DNA of 64,000 nt from assembly GCA_947164155.1 (NCBI GenBank), contig CAMUVS010000002.1:16971-80970 (forward strand), written 5' to 3'. A program made the position numbers and the translations under genes. Below the pieces are notes generated by a model. It was not told the DNA's origin, searched no databases, and saw only the letters and a list, made by a program, of their open reading frames with translations. This stretch comes from an uncultured Bacillales bacterium. Lineage in GTDB: Bacteria > Bacillota_I > Bacilli_A > RFN20 > CAG-826. Positions 37,142-47,700 of this stretch are shown piece by piece; position 1 is the stretch's first letter, and each line of letters starts with the position of its first letter.

Positions 37142-39291
37142 TATTCTCCTTCTCCTTTTAGACTTGGATTTATCGCATCACGTAAGCCGTTACCAAATAA
37201 GTTAAAGGAAATCATCACTAAAGCAATAACTACGGATGGGAATATTAATTGATATGGGTGGTTAGTTAATTCAGATTGGTTATTGGATAAAATAACACCT
37301 AAAGAAGATAAGTTCTTAAAGCCTAATCCTAAATAAGAAATAGTCGCTTCAGAGAAGATAACACTAGGAATCATTAAGACCGCACCAGTGATAATTGTAC
37401 CCATCGCATTAGGTAAGATATGTTTAGCAATTAATCGAGCGTCACTCGCCCCTAAAGTACGAGAGGCTAAAACATATTCTCTTCCTCTAAATCTATAGAA
37501 CTGTGTTCTAGTGGTACTAGCAGTACCAATCCAACCAGTCAAACATAAGGCAAGGGCAAAAGTGCCAAAACTACTACCGGCTTTTAATATGATAATAGTC
37601 ATTAAAACAATCCAAGGGACACCGCTTAAAATATCAGTGACACGTTCCATGATTAAGTCAACTGCACCACCGAAATATCCAGATATCGCACCCCAAATAA
37701 GTCCGATAATAAAGCAAACTACGAAAGTCAAAACGCCAAGTAATAGGGAGTTTCTTAAACCTTCAAAGACATATTTAAACATGTCTCTACCACTTTTATC
37801 AGTACCAAATAAGAATTTTGGCATAGAATCATAACCGAGATAGCGATAATACATCACATCCCCGTAAATTGTATAACCTTCTCTACCACCGCTTTCCGTA
37901 ACGAATACATCTTTGACATCTTCATATTGTGGCGCTTTGATAAATGGGCATTTTGCTTCATTTAAAATTACAAATTCAAATGTGTCAGGATCAATAATTG
38001 GAGTTGAACCATCGTAAATAATATCGATTGTGTAATCAACCCAACCTTTTTTCTTATAATTTTCAACATCATAGCTACTAACTGGAACATTTTCTCTTTC
38101 GCCTAAAGTAGCGAAATAAGAATCATAAGTAAATGAAGCATATACTGCTTTAGCTAAATAAATGTTTTTAAAATTCTTAGTGGAACTTTCAATATTCCAA
38201 TATCCACAGTTACGACGTTGTTTACTACCAGAACCGACTTCGAAACTTCTAACAGACATCTTCATCGCATCTGTAAAGCTAATTCCTTCAATTCCAGTTT
38301 CTTTATCTGCATTAGGGGAGAAATAGACTTGTTCTTCAGCAATATGAGAATCTGTTTCAATAACCATACTCTTAATTAAGGAACAAACATGGTCAGAAGC
38401 AGTAATATCGTCGTCTTTAGAAGTGACAAAACGGAAATAAAATGATTCAAAAGAAGTTAAATGATCTTCATTAGCAAGAATTAAGTCATTTAATTCAATA
38501 GTAGATTCTCCACCATCTATTCCGATTGTATGAGTAAGACTTGGTTCAACTAAATCGATAGCCTTTTCTTCTTCATCATAATAATAGACAAATTGTAAGC
38601 CTGTTAAACCTAACTTAAAGTTTTCAGGAATAACACCATCTTTGCCTAAATCTTCTTTTAACATATCTTCATCCATGACAACAAAATTGGTGAGAGTTAA
38701 ATGAGATTGTTCTAAATTTAAAACGAATTTATTCGTAGCAGAATTGTCCATTGGGTTTGTGGAATATAAATAAGACTTTTCAATACCATATCCACCATAG
38801 AATCCAGTTTGAATATATCCACCTTTACCAAAGGCGTTAGGAACGTTAGTGAAGTGTTCACCTTCTCTAACTAAATCTCTAATACCGCTTTTATAATATA
38901 AAGTTGGATCAGGATAACCTGTCTCATAATCAACTTCTTTATGTCTAACAGTCACAGTTCCATCCCAGAATCCACCACCATTAAATAATTTAGGTTCTAA
39001 GTTCTTTAAAGCAGAGTTAGCAGCGTTACTGACATCGTTAGTGTTAAAAATAGGAACAAAGATTGCTAAAAGAATTAAAATGCCTAAAATAAAGGCAGCA
39101 ACCACTGAACTCTTATTTTTTCTAAATCTTTTTAAAGAGTCTTTTAAGAAAGTAGTTGGTTTAGTTTGGAATTTTTGTTCATGAATTGAATTATCGGCTT
39201 GTTGCAAGACAAAATCCGCATCTGAAATATCAGAAGTAACTACTTCATTAGGAGTTTCAATAAGTTCAAAGTCGTCATTCTTCTTTTTCAT
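37141..39291 (-). CDS. oppC: Oligopeptide ABC permease OppC with a ~430-aa extracytoplasmic insertion after TM1
   Basis: The C-terminal ~200 aa form a BPD-type permease core (EAA-like region ASRTLGASDARLIAKHILPN). I set the start at the ATG at 39291, 1 nt after the oppB stop. The stop overlaps the oppD start (TAATG). Confidence 0.85.
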   Translation of the reverse strand: MKKKNDDFELIETPNEVVTSDISDADFVLQQADNSIHEQKFQTKPTTFLKDSLKRFRKNKSSVVAAFILGILILLAIFVPIFNTNDVSNAANSALKNLEPKLFNGGGFWDGTVTVRHKEVDYETGYPDPTLYYKSGIRDLVREGEHFTNVPNAFGKGGYIQTGFYGGYGIEKSYLYSTNPMDNSATNKFVLNLEQSHLTLTNFVVMDEDMLKEDLGKDGVIPENFKLGLTGLQFVYYYDEEEKAIDLVEPSLTHTIGIDGGESTIELNDLILANEDHLTSFESFYFRFVTSKDDDITASDHVCSLIKSMVIETDSHIAEEQVYFSPNADKETGIEGISFTDAMKMSVRSFEVGSGSKQRRNCGYWNIESSTKNFKNIYLAKAVYASFTYDSYFATLGERENVPVSSYDVENYKKKGWVDYTIDIIYDGSTPIIDPDTFEFVILNEAKCPFIKAPQYEDVKDVFVTESGGREGYTIYGDVMYYRYLGYDSMPKFLFGTDKSGRDMFKYVFEGLRNSLLLGVLTFVVCFIIGLIWGAISGYFGGAVDLIMERVTDILSGVPWIVLMTIIILKAGSSFGTFALALCLTGWIGTASTTRTQFYRFRGREYVLASRTLGASDARLIAKHILPNAMGTIITGAVLMIPSVIFSEATISYLGLGFKNLSSLGVILSNNQSELTNHPYQLIFPSVVIALVMISFNLFGNGLRDAINPSLKGEGE

Positions 39292-39292
39292 C

Positions 39293-40333
39293 TTATTTCT
39301 TTTCTCCCATTCTGATACGTGGGTCAATAAAGCCGTATGACAAGTCTAAAACAATGCCCGCTAATAAACCGACTGTGGTAAAGATTGCCATATCCACCAT
39401 TAAGACGTTATAGTCTTTTTCGTTAATGGATCTGATATATAAGTCACCAATTCCAGGAATGCCATATAATTTTTCAAGAATCATTGAACCACCAAAGATA
39501 CCAATGAATTCCGCTAAAATAGATGGAAGAATTGGAACGAATGCATTTTTTAAAGCGTGTCTAGTGATTGCTTGATTTTTAGTCAAACCTTTAGTTCTTG
39601 CTAATAACAAATATTCACTAGACATAACTTCACAAAGTTCTGCTCTAACAAAACGAGTATAACCACAAATACTGCCAAAGGATAAAGACATCACCGGAAT
39701 GAAATAAGCTAAAATCTTATTACCGATAGTGTCACTCGGATTCGGCCACATCGACGGCAGTAGTTGATTTTTATAACATAAGAAATACATCAAGAATGAA
39801 ATAACAACGAATGATGGGATAGAAATAAAGATCATGACCAATGTGGAAATAAGGTGGTCAACCCATGTATTTTTCTTTAATCCAGCTAAAATACCTAAGC
39901 CGATACCAAGAGGAACAGATACCACAACGGAAACAATATTTATATACATAGATGTAGGTAATCTAGAGGCAATAATATCCGTAGCCTGAGATCTTAATTC
40001 AATAGATGTCGATTCACCCCAGTCCCACGCTGTAAAGATATTCTTTAGCCAAGCAAAATACTGCTCTAAGATAGGGCGTGCATAGAAATATTCATCAACA
40101 CCTTCAATATGGAATTGAGCAAGTAATTTCCCATACCCATCTACTTCATGATCAAAAACAACAACATATCCTAAGTTGAGCTGTTTTAAATAGAAGGCGT
40201 GTTTGACGTTTTCTTTAGCGCCGAAAGTAGTATCTGCAATACCTAATGATTTAACTAAAATAAAGGTAATGGAAAGGATAATAAAAGCAGTAATAAGAGC
40301 AAGAACGATTCTTTTAATTACGTACTTTAGCAT
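39293..40333 (-). CDS. oppB: Oligopeptide ABC permease OppB
   Basis: It is a six-TM BPD permease with MLKYVIKRIVLALITAFIILSITFILV and the EAA loop LLARTKGLTKNQAITRHALKNA. Confidence 0.9.
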   Translation of the reverse strand: MLKYVIKRIVLALITAFIILSITFILVKSLGIADTTFGAKENVKHAFYLKQLNLGYVVVFDHEVDGYGKLLAQFHIEGVDEYFYARPILEQYFAWLKNIFTAWDWGESTSIELRSQATDIIASRLPTSMYINIVSVVVSVPLGIGLGILAGLKKNTWVDHLISTLVMIFISIPSFVVISFLMYFLCYKNQLLPSMWPNPSDTIGNKILAYFIPVMSLSFGSICGYTRFVRAELCEVMSSEYLLLARTKGLTKNQAITRHALKNAFVPILPSILAEFIGIFGGSMILEKLYGIPGIGDLYIRSINEKDYNVLMVDMAIFTTVGLLAGIVLDLSYGFIDPRIRMGEKK

Positions 40334-40379
40334 TACTCTTTTTCCTTTCTAACTTTACTCTAGTGTAAAGTGTTTATTT

Positions 40380-40409
40380 ATTATAGTACAAACGATTAAT
40401 AAAAAGCAA
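40380..40409 (-). promoter_or_regulatory. Possible internal promoter for oppBCDF
   Basis: The minus strand reads TTGCTT-18 nt-TATAAT, about 45 nt upstream of the oppB ATG. Confidence 0.3.
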
Positions 40410-40434
40410 TATAACAATTATTAATAATTGGCAT

Positions 40435-40460
40435 CAAAAAAGAGCGTATTTCTACGCCCT
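40435..40460 (-). terminator. Intra-operon intrinsic terminator/attenuator between the binding-protein genes and oppB
   Basis: The minus strand reads GGGCGTA-GAAA-TACGCTC followed by TTTTTTG. This is a 7-bp stem with one G.U pair. Confidence 0.55.
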
Positions 40461-40478
40461 TAGTTGTGTTGTTAATGA

Positions 40479-41648
40479 TTATAATTCGAAGACATCCTTC
40501 ACTTGATTGTATTTGCTACGATCAGGTAATTGATATGAGAATTCGTCATCTCTATCAAATGAATAGTCTCTAACGATATCAAGAACATAATTATGACCAT
40601 TGATGACATATGAGAGTTTAAAGTTAACACGGTAATATTTAGCATTACCTTGATACCAATAAATCTCAAAGTTGTCGATTTCATCATAAAGAGTTCCGGC
40701 TGGAATATCTAAATTATTTTCTTCGTCAATATCGGCTTTTTGATCTTTGCTTGTGGCTTGGAATTTTCCAAAAACCATATCATCATCAAATCCACCAGCG
40801 TAACACATCTTTCTATATGTAGGTCCAAGAAAATCTGAACTCATAGAATATTCCACTGTGTTTTCAGCAATGTCAGAACCACTATTGAAGAAAGAACCCA
40901 TCATCGCATAAATAACGCCGTCTCTAGTAGTTCCAGTACCTAAATAGAATTCGGTAGGAACATAACACCAGTTATTGACATTATCAGTTTCGTGATAAAG
41001 GAAGCTATGGTAGTCAACATCGGTATAGAAATGATAACCAAATGTAGATCTATGTTCTGGAGCGTCATAATATTTTGACTCCTTGTCTATTCCACCAATG
41101 TAGAAATATGCTTCATCTTTATCAAGGATAAAATCAGCGATTTCAAATGTTTTTTTGGAGACTTTTCCATCGACATATAAAGTTCTAGTTTCAACTTCGG
41201 TTGTTGCTAATTTTCTTGGCTTTTTAACTTTAGTTTTTTGATAAACTAATAGGTTAGCAAGTTTATTTTGAACAACGTCAGCACTTTTATTAGCGGCAAC
41301 AAAGATTTCCATTTCTGTATAAACTTTTGGATCATCTTTGCTACTAACTTTAATTGTTGTGCTTCCTTGTTTTCTAGCCGTAACTAGACCATTAGAATCA
41401 ACAGTAGCAATTTCATTATCACTACTTTCATAAACAAGAGTAGCGCTAGAAGCAAGTAAAGGAGTGATTAGCGGGTTCACTTGAAGGGAATCCCCTACAA
41501 GAAGAGCCTTTTTTCCAGCGTTAAGTCTAATGCTTTCAACAGGAAGAACGACGGAAGCAGTGCTACTAGGAGCCTCACTTCCACCACCACAACCTGTTAA
41601 AGTCATAGCAGCAACTAATCCAATGATAGATAACATGGATTTTTTCAT
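40479..41648 (-). CDS. Lipoprotein with one Big_2 domain and a ~270-aa unknown C-terminal domain, embedded in the opp operon
   Basis: The lipobox is MTLTGCGG. The Big_2 segment is VESIRLNAGKKALLVGDSLQV...SSDNEIATVDSNGLVTARKQGSTTIKV. The start is 2 nt after the oppA stop. Confidence 0.6.
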   Translation of the reverse strand: MKKSMLSIIGLVAAMTLTGCGGGSEAPSSTASVVLPVESIRLNAGKKALLVGDSLQVNPLITPLLASSATLVYESSDNEIATVDSNGLVTARKQGSTTIKVSSKDDPKVYTEMEIFVAANKSADVVQNKLANLLVYQKTKVKKPRKLATTEVETRTLYVDGKVSKKTFEIADFILDKDEAYFYIGGIDKESKYYDAPEHRSTFGYHFYTDVDYHSFLYHETDNVNNWCYVPTEFYLGTGTTRDGVIYAMMGSFFNSGSDIAENTVEYSMSSDFLGPTYRKMCYAGGFDDDMVFGKFQATSKDQKADIDEENNLDIPAGTLYDEIDNFEIYWYQGNAKYYRVNFKLSYVINGHNYVLDIVRDYSFDRDDEFSYQLPDRSKYNQVKDVFEL

Positions 41649-41650
41649 AA

Positions 41651-44600
41651 TTATCTACCTCCTAAACTAGCAAATGACAAAGCCTTAGTTTGTTTGGTCT
41701 TAGTGACTTTATAGTAGTTTTCAGTTGGAACAGAGCCAGAGATTGTAATGTTATAATAAACATCAACCCACCAATAAGCATCATAATAATCGTATGCTAA
41801 TGGATTCTCATATTCCTCTTTCTTTTCAGCATATTTTGGATCAGTTGGATCTAAATTATCGATAACTTTTTGTAATTTTAATCCGTCGAATAACATCTTA
41901 TTGACGTATTTAGAGAATGTCATACCTTCATATTCAGGTTTGACTTCAGTGTTATCAAAGATAATGTTGAATCCAATAATCGCTTTAGTTGGGTCATCAT
42001 CAACGTGTAAGATCTCGATGTTAGATTCATCAATAGTGATAGAACCATAGCCCATTAAGGATAGTTGAACTCTGGTAATTTCAAATTCAACACCAGCATC
42101 AACTTCAACAAATTCGAAGTTACATTTCATGATAGCACCATTAGCTAATCTATTGGTGTCAGCACCACTTGGAGTAGTAGGTTTAGTTGTATAACCAACT
42201 TGAACAGAATCAACAGGTTCACCGTCTTTTACGACTGCGCCATGATCAGCTGTAGCCCAAGCAGAGTCATATGACCATTCTTTTTTAACATCTACACCAT
42301 CTTCTTCGACTTCAAAGACAATTGGGTCATCAGGATCAACTTTAGAAGTATCAGCACCCCAGTTAAGAGTGAATCCTGAAGAGTTATCGCTCTTTAAGAC
42401 TTCCATGAAGTTAAGTGGATTTAAGGTATTACCACTAATAGCACCAAATCCGAGGTCATATACACCAACCATTAAGTGGTCGTTATAAACTTGTTCCCAT
42501 TGAGATTCGGCAAAATGTCTAACTTTTAATTCAACACATCCTTTACCAACATTTTCGTTATTAAAGGCATCTTGGAAGTAGTTTGCAATATCTTCACCAT
42601 AAGTCTTTTCGTCATTTTGATACATCCACCAAATATCGATATAGATAGTGGTTTTGTTTGTTGTTGTACCAAGAGTAATGTCGCCAGAGGCCACTAATTC
42701 ATCAACAGCGTCTGCGAAATATGCAGTTGCTTTTGCTTGGTTAAATCCATAGTTACTAGTTGGTAAACTTGGGTCAAAACCTTTTTCAGCGTCTGCATGA
42801 GCTGTTGATGCGTTATATGAAGTACCAGCAACTGGATCATCTAAGTAAGCATCTGCAAAGTAGTTATAAGAAGGAATAGCGCCTCTTTCTTCAGCAAAGT
42901 CAGATCTATTAATAGACCAGAATAAGCCATTTAAGAAGTTTTTGTTACTCATCCATGGTTTAACAAGATATCTATTTGTTGGTTTTTCAACATCTGGATA
43001 TTTAGTAGACCAGAATAAGTCATCCCATCTATCTTGGTCACAAGAGTTAACATTTAACTTAAATGTTGCGTCGCCCTTAGTTTGAGCGTCAGTTGGTTGT
43101 CTTTCTTCCATTCTTGATACTGGGATACTAGTTTGATCAAGATGGTTTAAGTTAAATTCATCATAAATTGCGTCGTCTCTTTGTTGAGCAGCACCAATAA
43201 CTTGGAAGTGCACACCTTCGATACGATAACGTGGGTTATCAGTACCTTGTGTATTCACATACTCAAACCAATTATCGTTTCTTTTAAAGACGATTTCTTG
43301 GTCGCCAACCCATTCTTCTAGGAAGTAAGGGCCAACACCGATAACGTTATTAAGGATTGCACCTTTGGTGGTACCTTTTGTTTTTGAACCAGTACCAACA
43401 ACTTCACCACCAGCAATCCAGCTTCCTCCACCAATAGATTGTAAAAATTCTTTTGGAATTGGACTATATAAGCTGCTAGATAAAGTGTATTTAGCGGTAA
43501 ATTGATCAATTGGGTTCACAAATTCGAAATCAATATATTCGCCTTGAGCATCTGTTCCGGCAACAATACCTAATTGGTCGTTTTCAGTCATGTCAGACCA
43601 GAATCCTTCAGCTTGTTCATCGTTTGCCTTTTCAGTTTTTCTAAAGTAGGCATATGCACCTTTAAAGCCATATGAAGTATCAGTAGCAAGTTCAGCACCA
43701 CGGCTTAATTTAGAACTTTGAGTTAAAAGTAATCTAAATGTGGTGATGTAGTCTTCTAACGCGACAGGACGATTATCAAATGGAGCACCGTTAATAGAAC
43801 GGTAAGCAATGGAATATTTCTCACCATTTGCACCATCTGGTGTATTACCAGTTTTAACATAAACACGGTATTTCTTGTGAATTGTGTCTGTAGGTTTTCC
43901 ATCTAAAGGAATTGGATCTGGACAGTTTTCCGCAGCTAAAACAGGGTACCATACATATCCGGTTTTAGCGGAATTTAATTTTGTTCCCCATAAGGATGAA
44001 GTCATATATCCATATAAATCACCGATTTGGCTACCAGATGCATTCCAACCAGAAATATTACCTGGATCGCTGCTTTGAGCGGATTGTAAATAATTTTTAT
44101 ATCCAGAAACATCTGGTTGAGGTGCTTTAGTAGGATCAGTTTCCAAATAACCTTCGGTTAATAAACCAAATCCGTAACCAGTAACATAGTTATCTGTTCC
44201 ATAATGGACACGTGGTTTTTTACGGACATAACCACCATTTTCAAATAAGGTGATACCAGTTAAGTAATTCTTCATCGCATATTCTTCAAGTTTTCCTAAA
44301 ATTTCGGATTTCTTTTCAGTATCTGCTGAGAAGTTATAACCAGTATTAGCGGCATCGTATCTTTCACCAACATAGAAGAATTTGGTGAATTTTTTACCTG
44401 AAGTTTGTTCGGTAATACGAATACCAACTTTTTGATCACCACTATCATGTTCAGGGGTAACGGTAAATAATTTAGCAGCACTATCGTAACTAACTGATAT
44501 AAAGTTAGAGGAACCAGAAGTTAAAGTATAAGTGTAAGTACGTGTAACTTCACCAGGATTAACTTCTTTAATTTCTAATTGTTCGTTAGTGCCAACATAA

Positions 44601-44758
44601 ATTTTGTCGGTCTTTGTGCCAATAAATGAAGCACTAAAACTGAATTCGGCAACAGGTGGAACATCGCCACCTCCGCCTTCAGAACCACCACAGGCTGTTA
44701 AAACAACAGCGAATGCTAATGCAGTAGATGATAAGAATAAATATCTAGCTTTTTTCAT
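41651..44758 (-). CDS. oppA: Oversized (1035 aa) oligopeptide-binding lipoprotein, family 5 SBP with N- and C-terminal extensions
   Basis: The lipobox is VVLTACGG. The central region is SBP_bac_5-like (GPYFLEEWVGDQEIVFKRNDNWF). It sits at the head of oppBCDF. Its start codon shares one nt with the stop of the upstream protease gene (TAATG). Confidence 0.8.
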   Translation of the reverse strand: MKKARYLFLSSTALAFAVVLTACGGSEGGGGDVPPVAEFSFSASFIGTKTDKIYVGTNEQLEIKEVNPGEVTRTYTYTLTSGSSNFISVSYDSAAKLFTVTPEHDSGDQKVGIRITEQTSGKKFTKFFYVGERYDAANTGYNFSADTEKKSEILGKLEEYAMKNYLTGITLFENGGYVRKKPRVHYGTDNYVTGYGFGLLTEGYLETDPTKAPQPDVSGYKNYLQSAQSSDPGNISGWNASGSQIGDLYGYMTSSLWGTKLNSAKTGYVWYPVLAAENCPDPIPLDGKPTDTIHKKYRVYVKTGNTPDGANGEKYSIAYRSINGAPFDNRPVALEDYITTFRLLLTQSSKLSRGAELATDTSYGFKGAYAYFRKTEKANDEQAEGFWSDMTENDQLGIVAGTDAQGEYIDFEFVNPIDQFTAKYTLSSSLYSPIPKEFLQSIGGGSWIAGGEVVGTGSKTKGTTKGAILNNVIGVGPYFLEEWVGDQEIVFKRNDNWFEYVNTQGTDNPRYRIEGVHFQVIGAAQQRDDAIYDEFNLNHLDQTSIPVSRMEERQPTDAQTKGDATFKLNVNSCDQDRWDDLFWSTKYPDVEKPTNRYLVKPWMSNKNFLNGLFWSINRSDFAEERGAIPSYNYFADAYLDDPVAGTSYNASTAHADAEKGFDPSLPTSNYGFNQAKATAYFADAVDELVASGDITLGTTTNKTTIYIDIWWMYQNDEKTYGEDIANYFQDAFNNENVGKGCVELKVRHFAESQWEQVYNDHLMVGVYDLGFGAISGNTLNPLNFMEVLKSDNSSGFTLNWGADTSKVDPDDPIVFEVEEDGVDVKKEWSYDSAWATADHGAVVKDGEPVDSVQVGYTTKPTTPSGADTNRLANGAIMKCNFEFVEVDAGVEFEITRVQLSLMGYGSITIDESNIEILHVDDDPTKAIIGFNIIFDNTEVKPEYEGMTFSKYVNKMLFDGLKLQKVIDNLDPTDPKYAEKKEEYENPLAYDYYDAYWWVDVYYNITISGSVPTENYYKVTKTKQTKALSFASLGGR

Positions 44759-47700
44759 TATTCTTTACCTCCTAATTTTCTTTTTTTGCTGAGAATAATA
44801 GCAACGGCTAATAATCCAGCTAAGCTTGATAAGACAATGCTTGTAGTAGCAACATTACCACCACATCCGCTAGTAGCAGGAGTGCTTGGCTTATCAGAAT
44901 CACGTTTGACACGGACATATGCGTCAACTTCATAATCCTTAATATTATATGTTTTGGAGTCATAGGTAACATAATGGATAGAGGTACCTAAGTCTTCAAA
45001 GTCATTACTTAATGTAAATGTGTAATGTTCAACGATAGTGTATTTATCAAAATTGATTGCACCATCTTTTTCACCGAATCTAACAATAATACCGGTTCTA
45101 CCATAAGCTTTATTTTGTAATTCGATGAATAAACGTCCAGAACCATAAACTTCATTGAAATTGTTTTCTAATTCAAACTCAATGTCATCTTTAGTGAGTT
45201 CAATGTAGTTTCCTTTTAATTCTTCTTCAGACATTTGATAGTAGCTTTGTCCGATTTTGACGTTAGTGAGATATTTTTCAGAAATATTGAATCTCACTGA
45301 ATCTTGAAGAACTTGAACACTACTAATGGTTGATTCACTACTACAGAGATGTAATGTATAAGATGAACTTACCCATGTACCCGTCGCAACTAATTTATAG
45401 TTGAACTTAAGTTCGTAATCACCATCAGGGAGACTTGCTCCAGTTTTTGAATCATATAATGGAATAGCAGCGAACGCTCTATGTCCAACATATGGACTTA
45501 AGTAGTTTTCATCAACGTGAGATTTATATAATGGATATCTACCATATCTTTCACCAAAGATCATATCTTCTAATACGTCTTGGATATAAACCTTGCCGCT
45601 TGCCTTATTAGTGATAGTGAAGTAGTTATCATCAACAGATCTAAGAACAAATTGTTGAACGAGTAACGTATTACTAGAGTGTGGATTACCAACATATAAG
45701 TTATTTGCTGGATCACTATAATAATTGCCTTCAGAGTCAGTTCCTAATAAGTGATAATTAGCGTCACTCTTAGCTAAATGGGTTAAGCTTTCATCATTTT
45801 GTAAAATATCAGATTCTTTAAATGATTTACCTGGTTCAACATAAGTTGTGGCCATTATACTACCCATATCGATATTAGTTTTACCTAATAAGCTATAGCC
45901 AATATCATTATTTAATTCACTTGGATAAATGGAAGAAGCATCTTTTTCAAAGTTGAATGGTTCCACTACTGGAGCGGAACTATAATCTTGTCCTTCTCCA
46001 CCGAAGAATCCCATCCATGGCATTGATAAGTTAATGCCTTCATTTTCCGTACTTACAAGGCTCACGAATCCTTCTAAGTAAGTTCCAAATTCATAGAATT
46101 CTAAGATCTCTTGTTTTTGTTCGGTTGTTAAACTGTATTCAGGTAAGACGATTTTATGATCACCTGGGGCAATTTCCACTTCACCAACGTTAACAGTCTT
46201 AATGAGCATATCTTGAACTGATTGATAGTTGCTACCTTCAAGTTCTTCATAAGTAGCATAAGTCCAATTAACGCCTGGAGCGTGTTCAACAACTTGAGTA
46301 TCAGTACATTTATATCTACCAATAGCGATTGTTTGTTTTAATAATTCGCCTTCGTGTCCTGCTCTTTCATCTGGAACGTAATATTCAATTTCTTTTGTGA
46401 CTTTGAATACGTCACCAACGTTGATATCGCCAGTTGCGTGTCTTTCAACAATCTCTTTAGATTCATCTGGGTTAACTTGTTCAACCCAATATGACATACC
46501 TGGGAAAGAAGAGATATTATCAACTTCACCGCGATAATTATATTGTCTAGAAACGATTTCGTTAGATTTTTTAATCGCTGGTCTCATCACAGAATAACTG
46601 ACTTGATATTTCTTAGCAGTTGTACTCTCGTTATGAGCTAAGAAGCTAAGAGAAACAGTACCAGCGTTAATTTTTGAGTTATTTCTTAAGGCGATTTTAG
46701 ATTTTCCAATTGGATTACCTAATAAATCATAACCTTCTAAATAAACATCAGTTTTATAAGCATCTCCAACGTTTGCCATACCTGCACCTTGAATACGTGG
46801 AGAGGTATTGTATTTATGTCCTTCATCTTCTGGACATTCTTCATAATCAAACATTGGAATAGCGGTAGACATAAGTCTCATATCGACAGTTTTGCGATAT
46901 GCGTTATATGCCGCTGAGTTATTTTTTAACTCATTTGCTTTTCTAGAAAGCACTACTGCTTGAGCGCCAGCATAGTTAGGGGCACTCATAGAAGTACCAG
47001 ATAAGAATTCATAAGTTGAATATCTTCTTTGTTGCTTGTCCTCTTTCTTTTGTGGAGGGACAGCACCTCTAATAAAGTCACCAGGAGCAGTAATTTCTGG
47101 TTTCATATCTAAGGCTGCAGTTGCGCCATCAGAAGAGAAAGTAGAAATAGTATTTGCTCTTGGGTTGACATCAACTTCATCTTTAACGATATCAAATTGT
47201 CCTTGGCCATCTCTTTCGAATGTTTGTTTTTCTCTAAATAAGACTAAGGCCACTGGAATAGTTGGTTTTAAATCACCAAAACTACAGTGGAAGTTGAAGT
47301 CAGATGCAGTTGGGTCGTTATTGATAATGACTACACCAATAGCACCTTTATCTTTAGCGGTTGTAACTTTAGTAGCAAAGTCGATACTACCACGATTGAC
47401 AATGGCGATTTTACCAGTGACATCTTTATCTTTATAGTCAGCGCTTGAACCAAAGTTTGGAATATATACCCAGCTAAGTGTTTTAGATTCACCAGGAGTC
47501 AAATCACTCATATGTCTTTCTTCATCTTCCTCATATTCAGAAGAATTACCAGTATTTACAACTTGGTCTTGGTAAGAAATATTCACGCCTTTATATTTAA
47601 ACGCTGAAGCATAGAAAGTCTTAGCAGGTTGACCAGCAGCAATAGACATTGTTGCTTTATTATTAGCGTAACCACCTAAGATACCAGTTTCGACAGTGTC

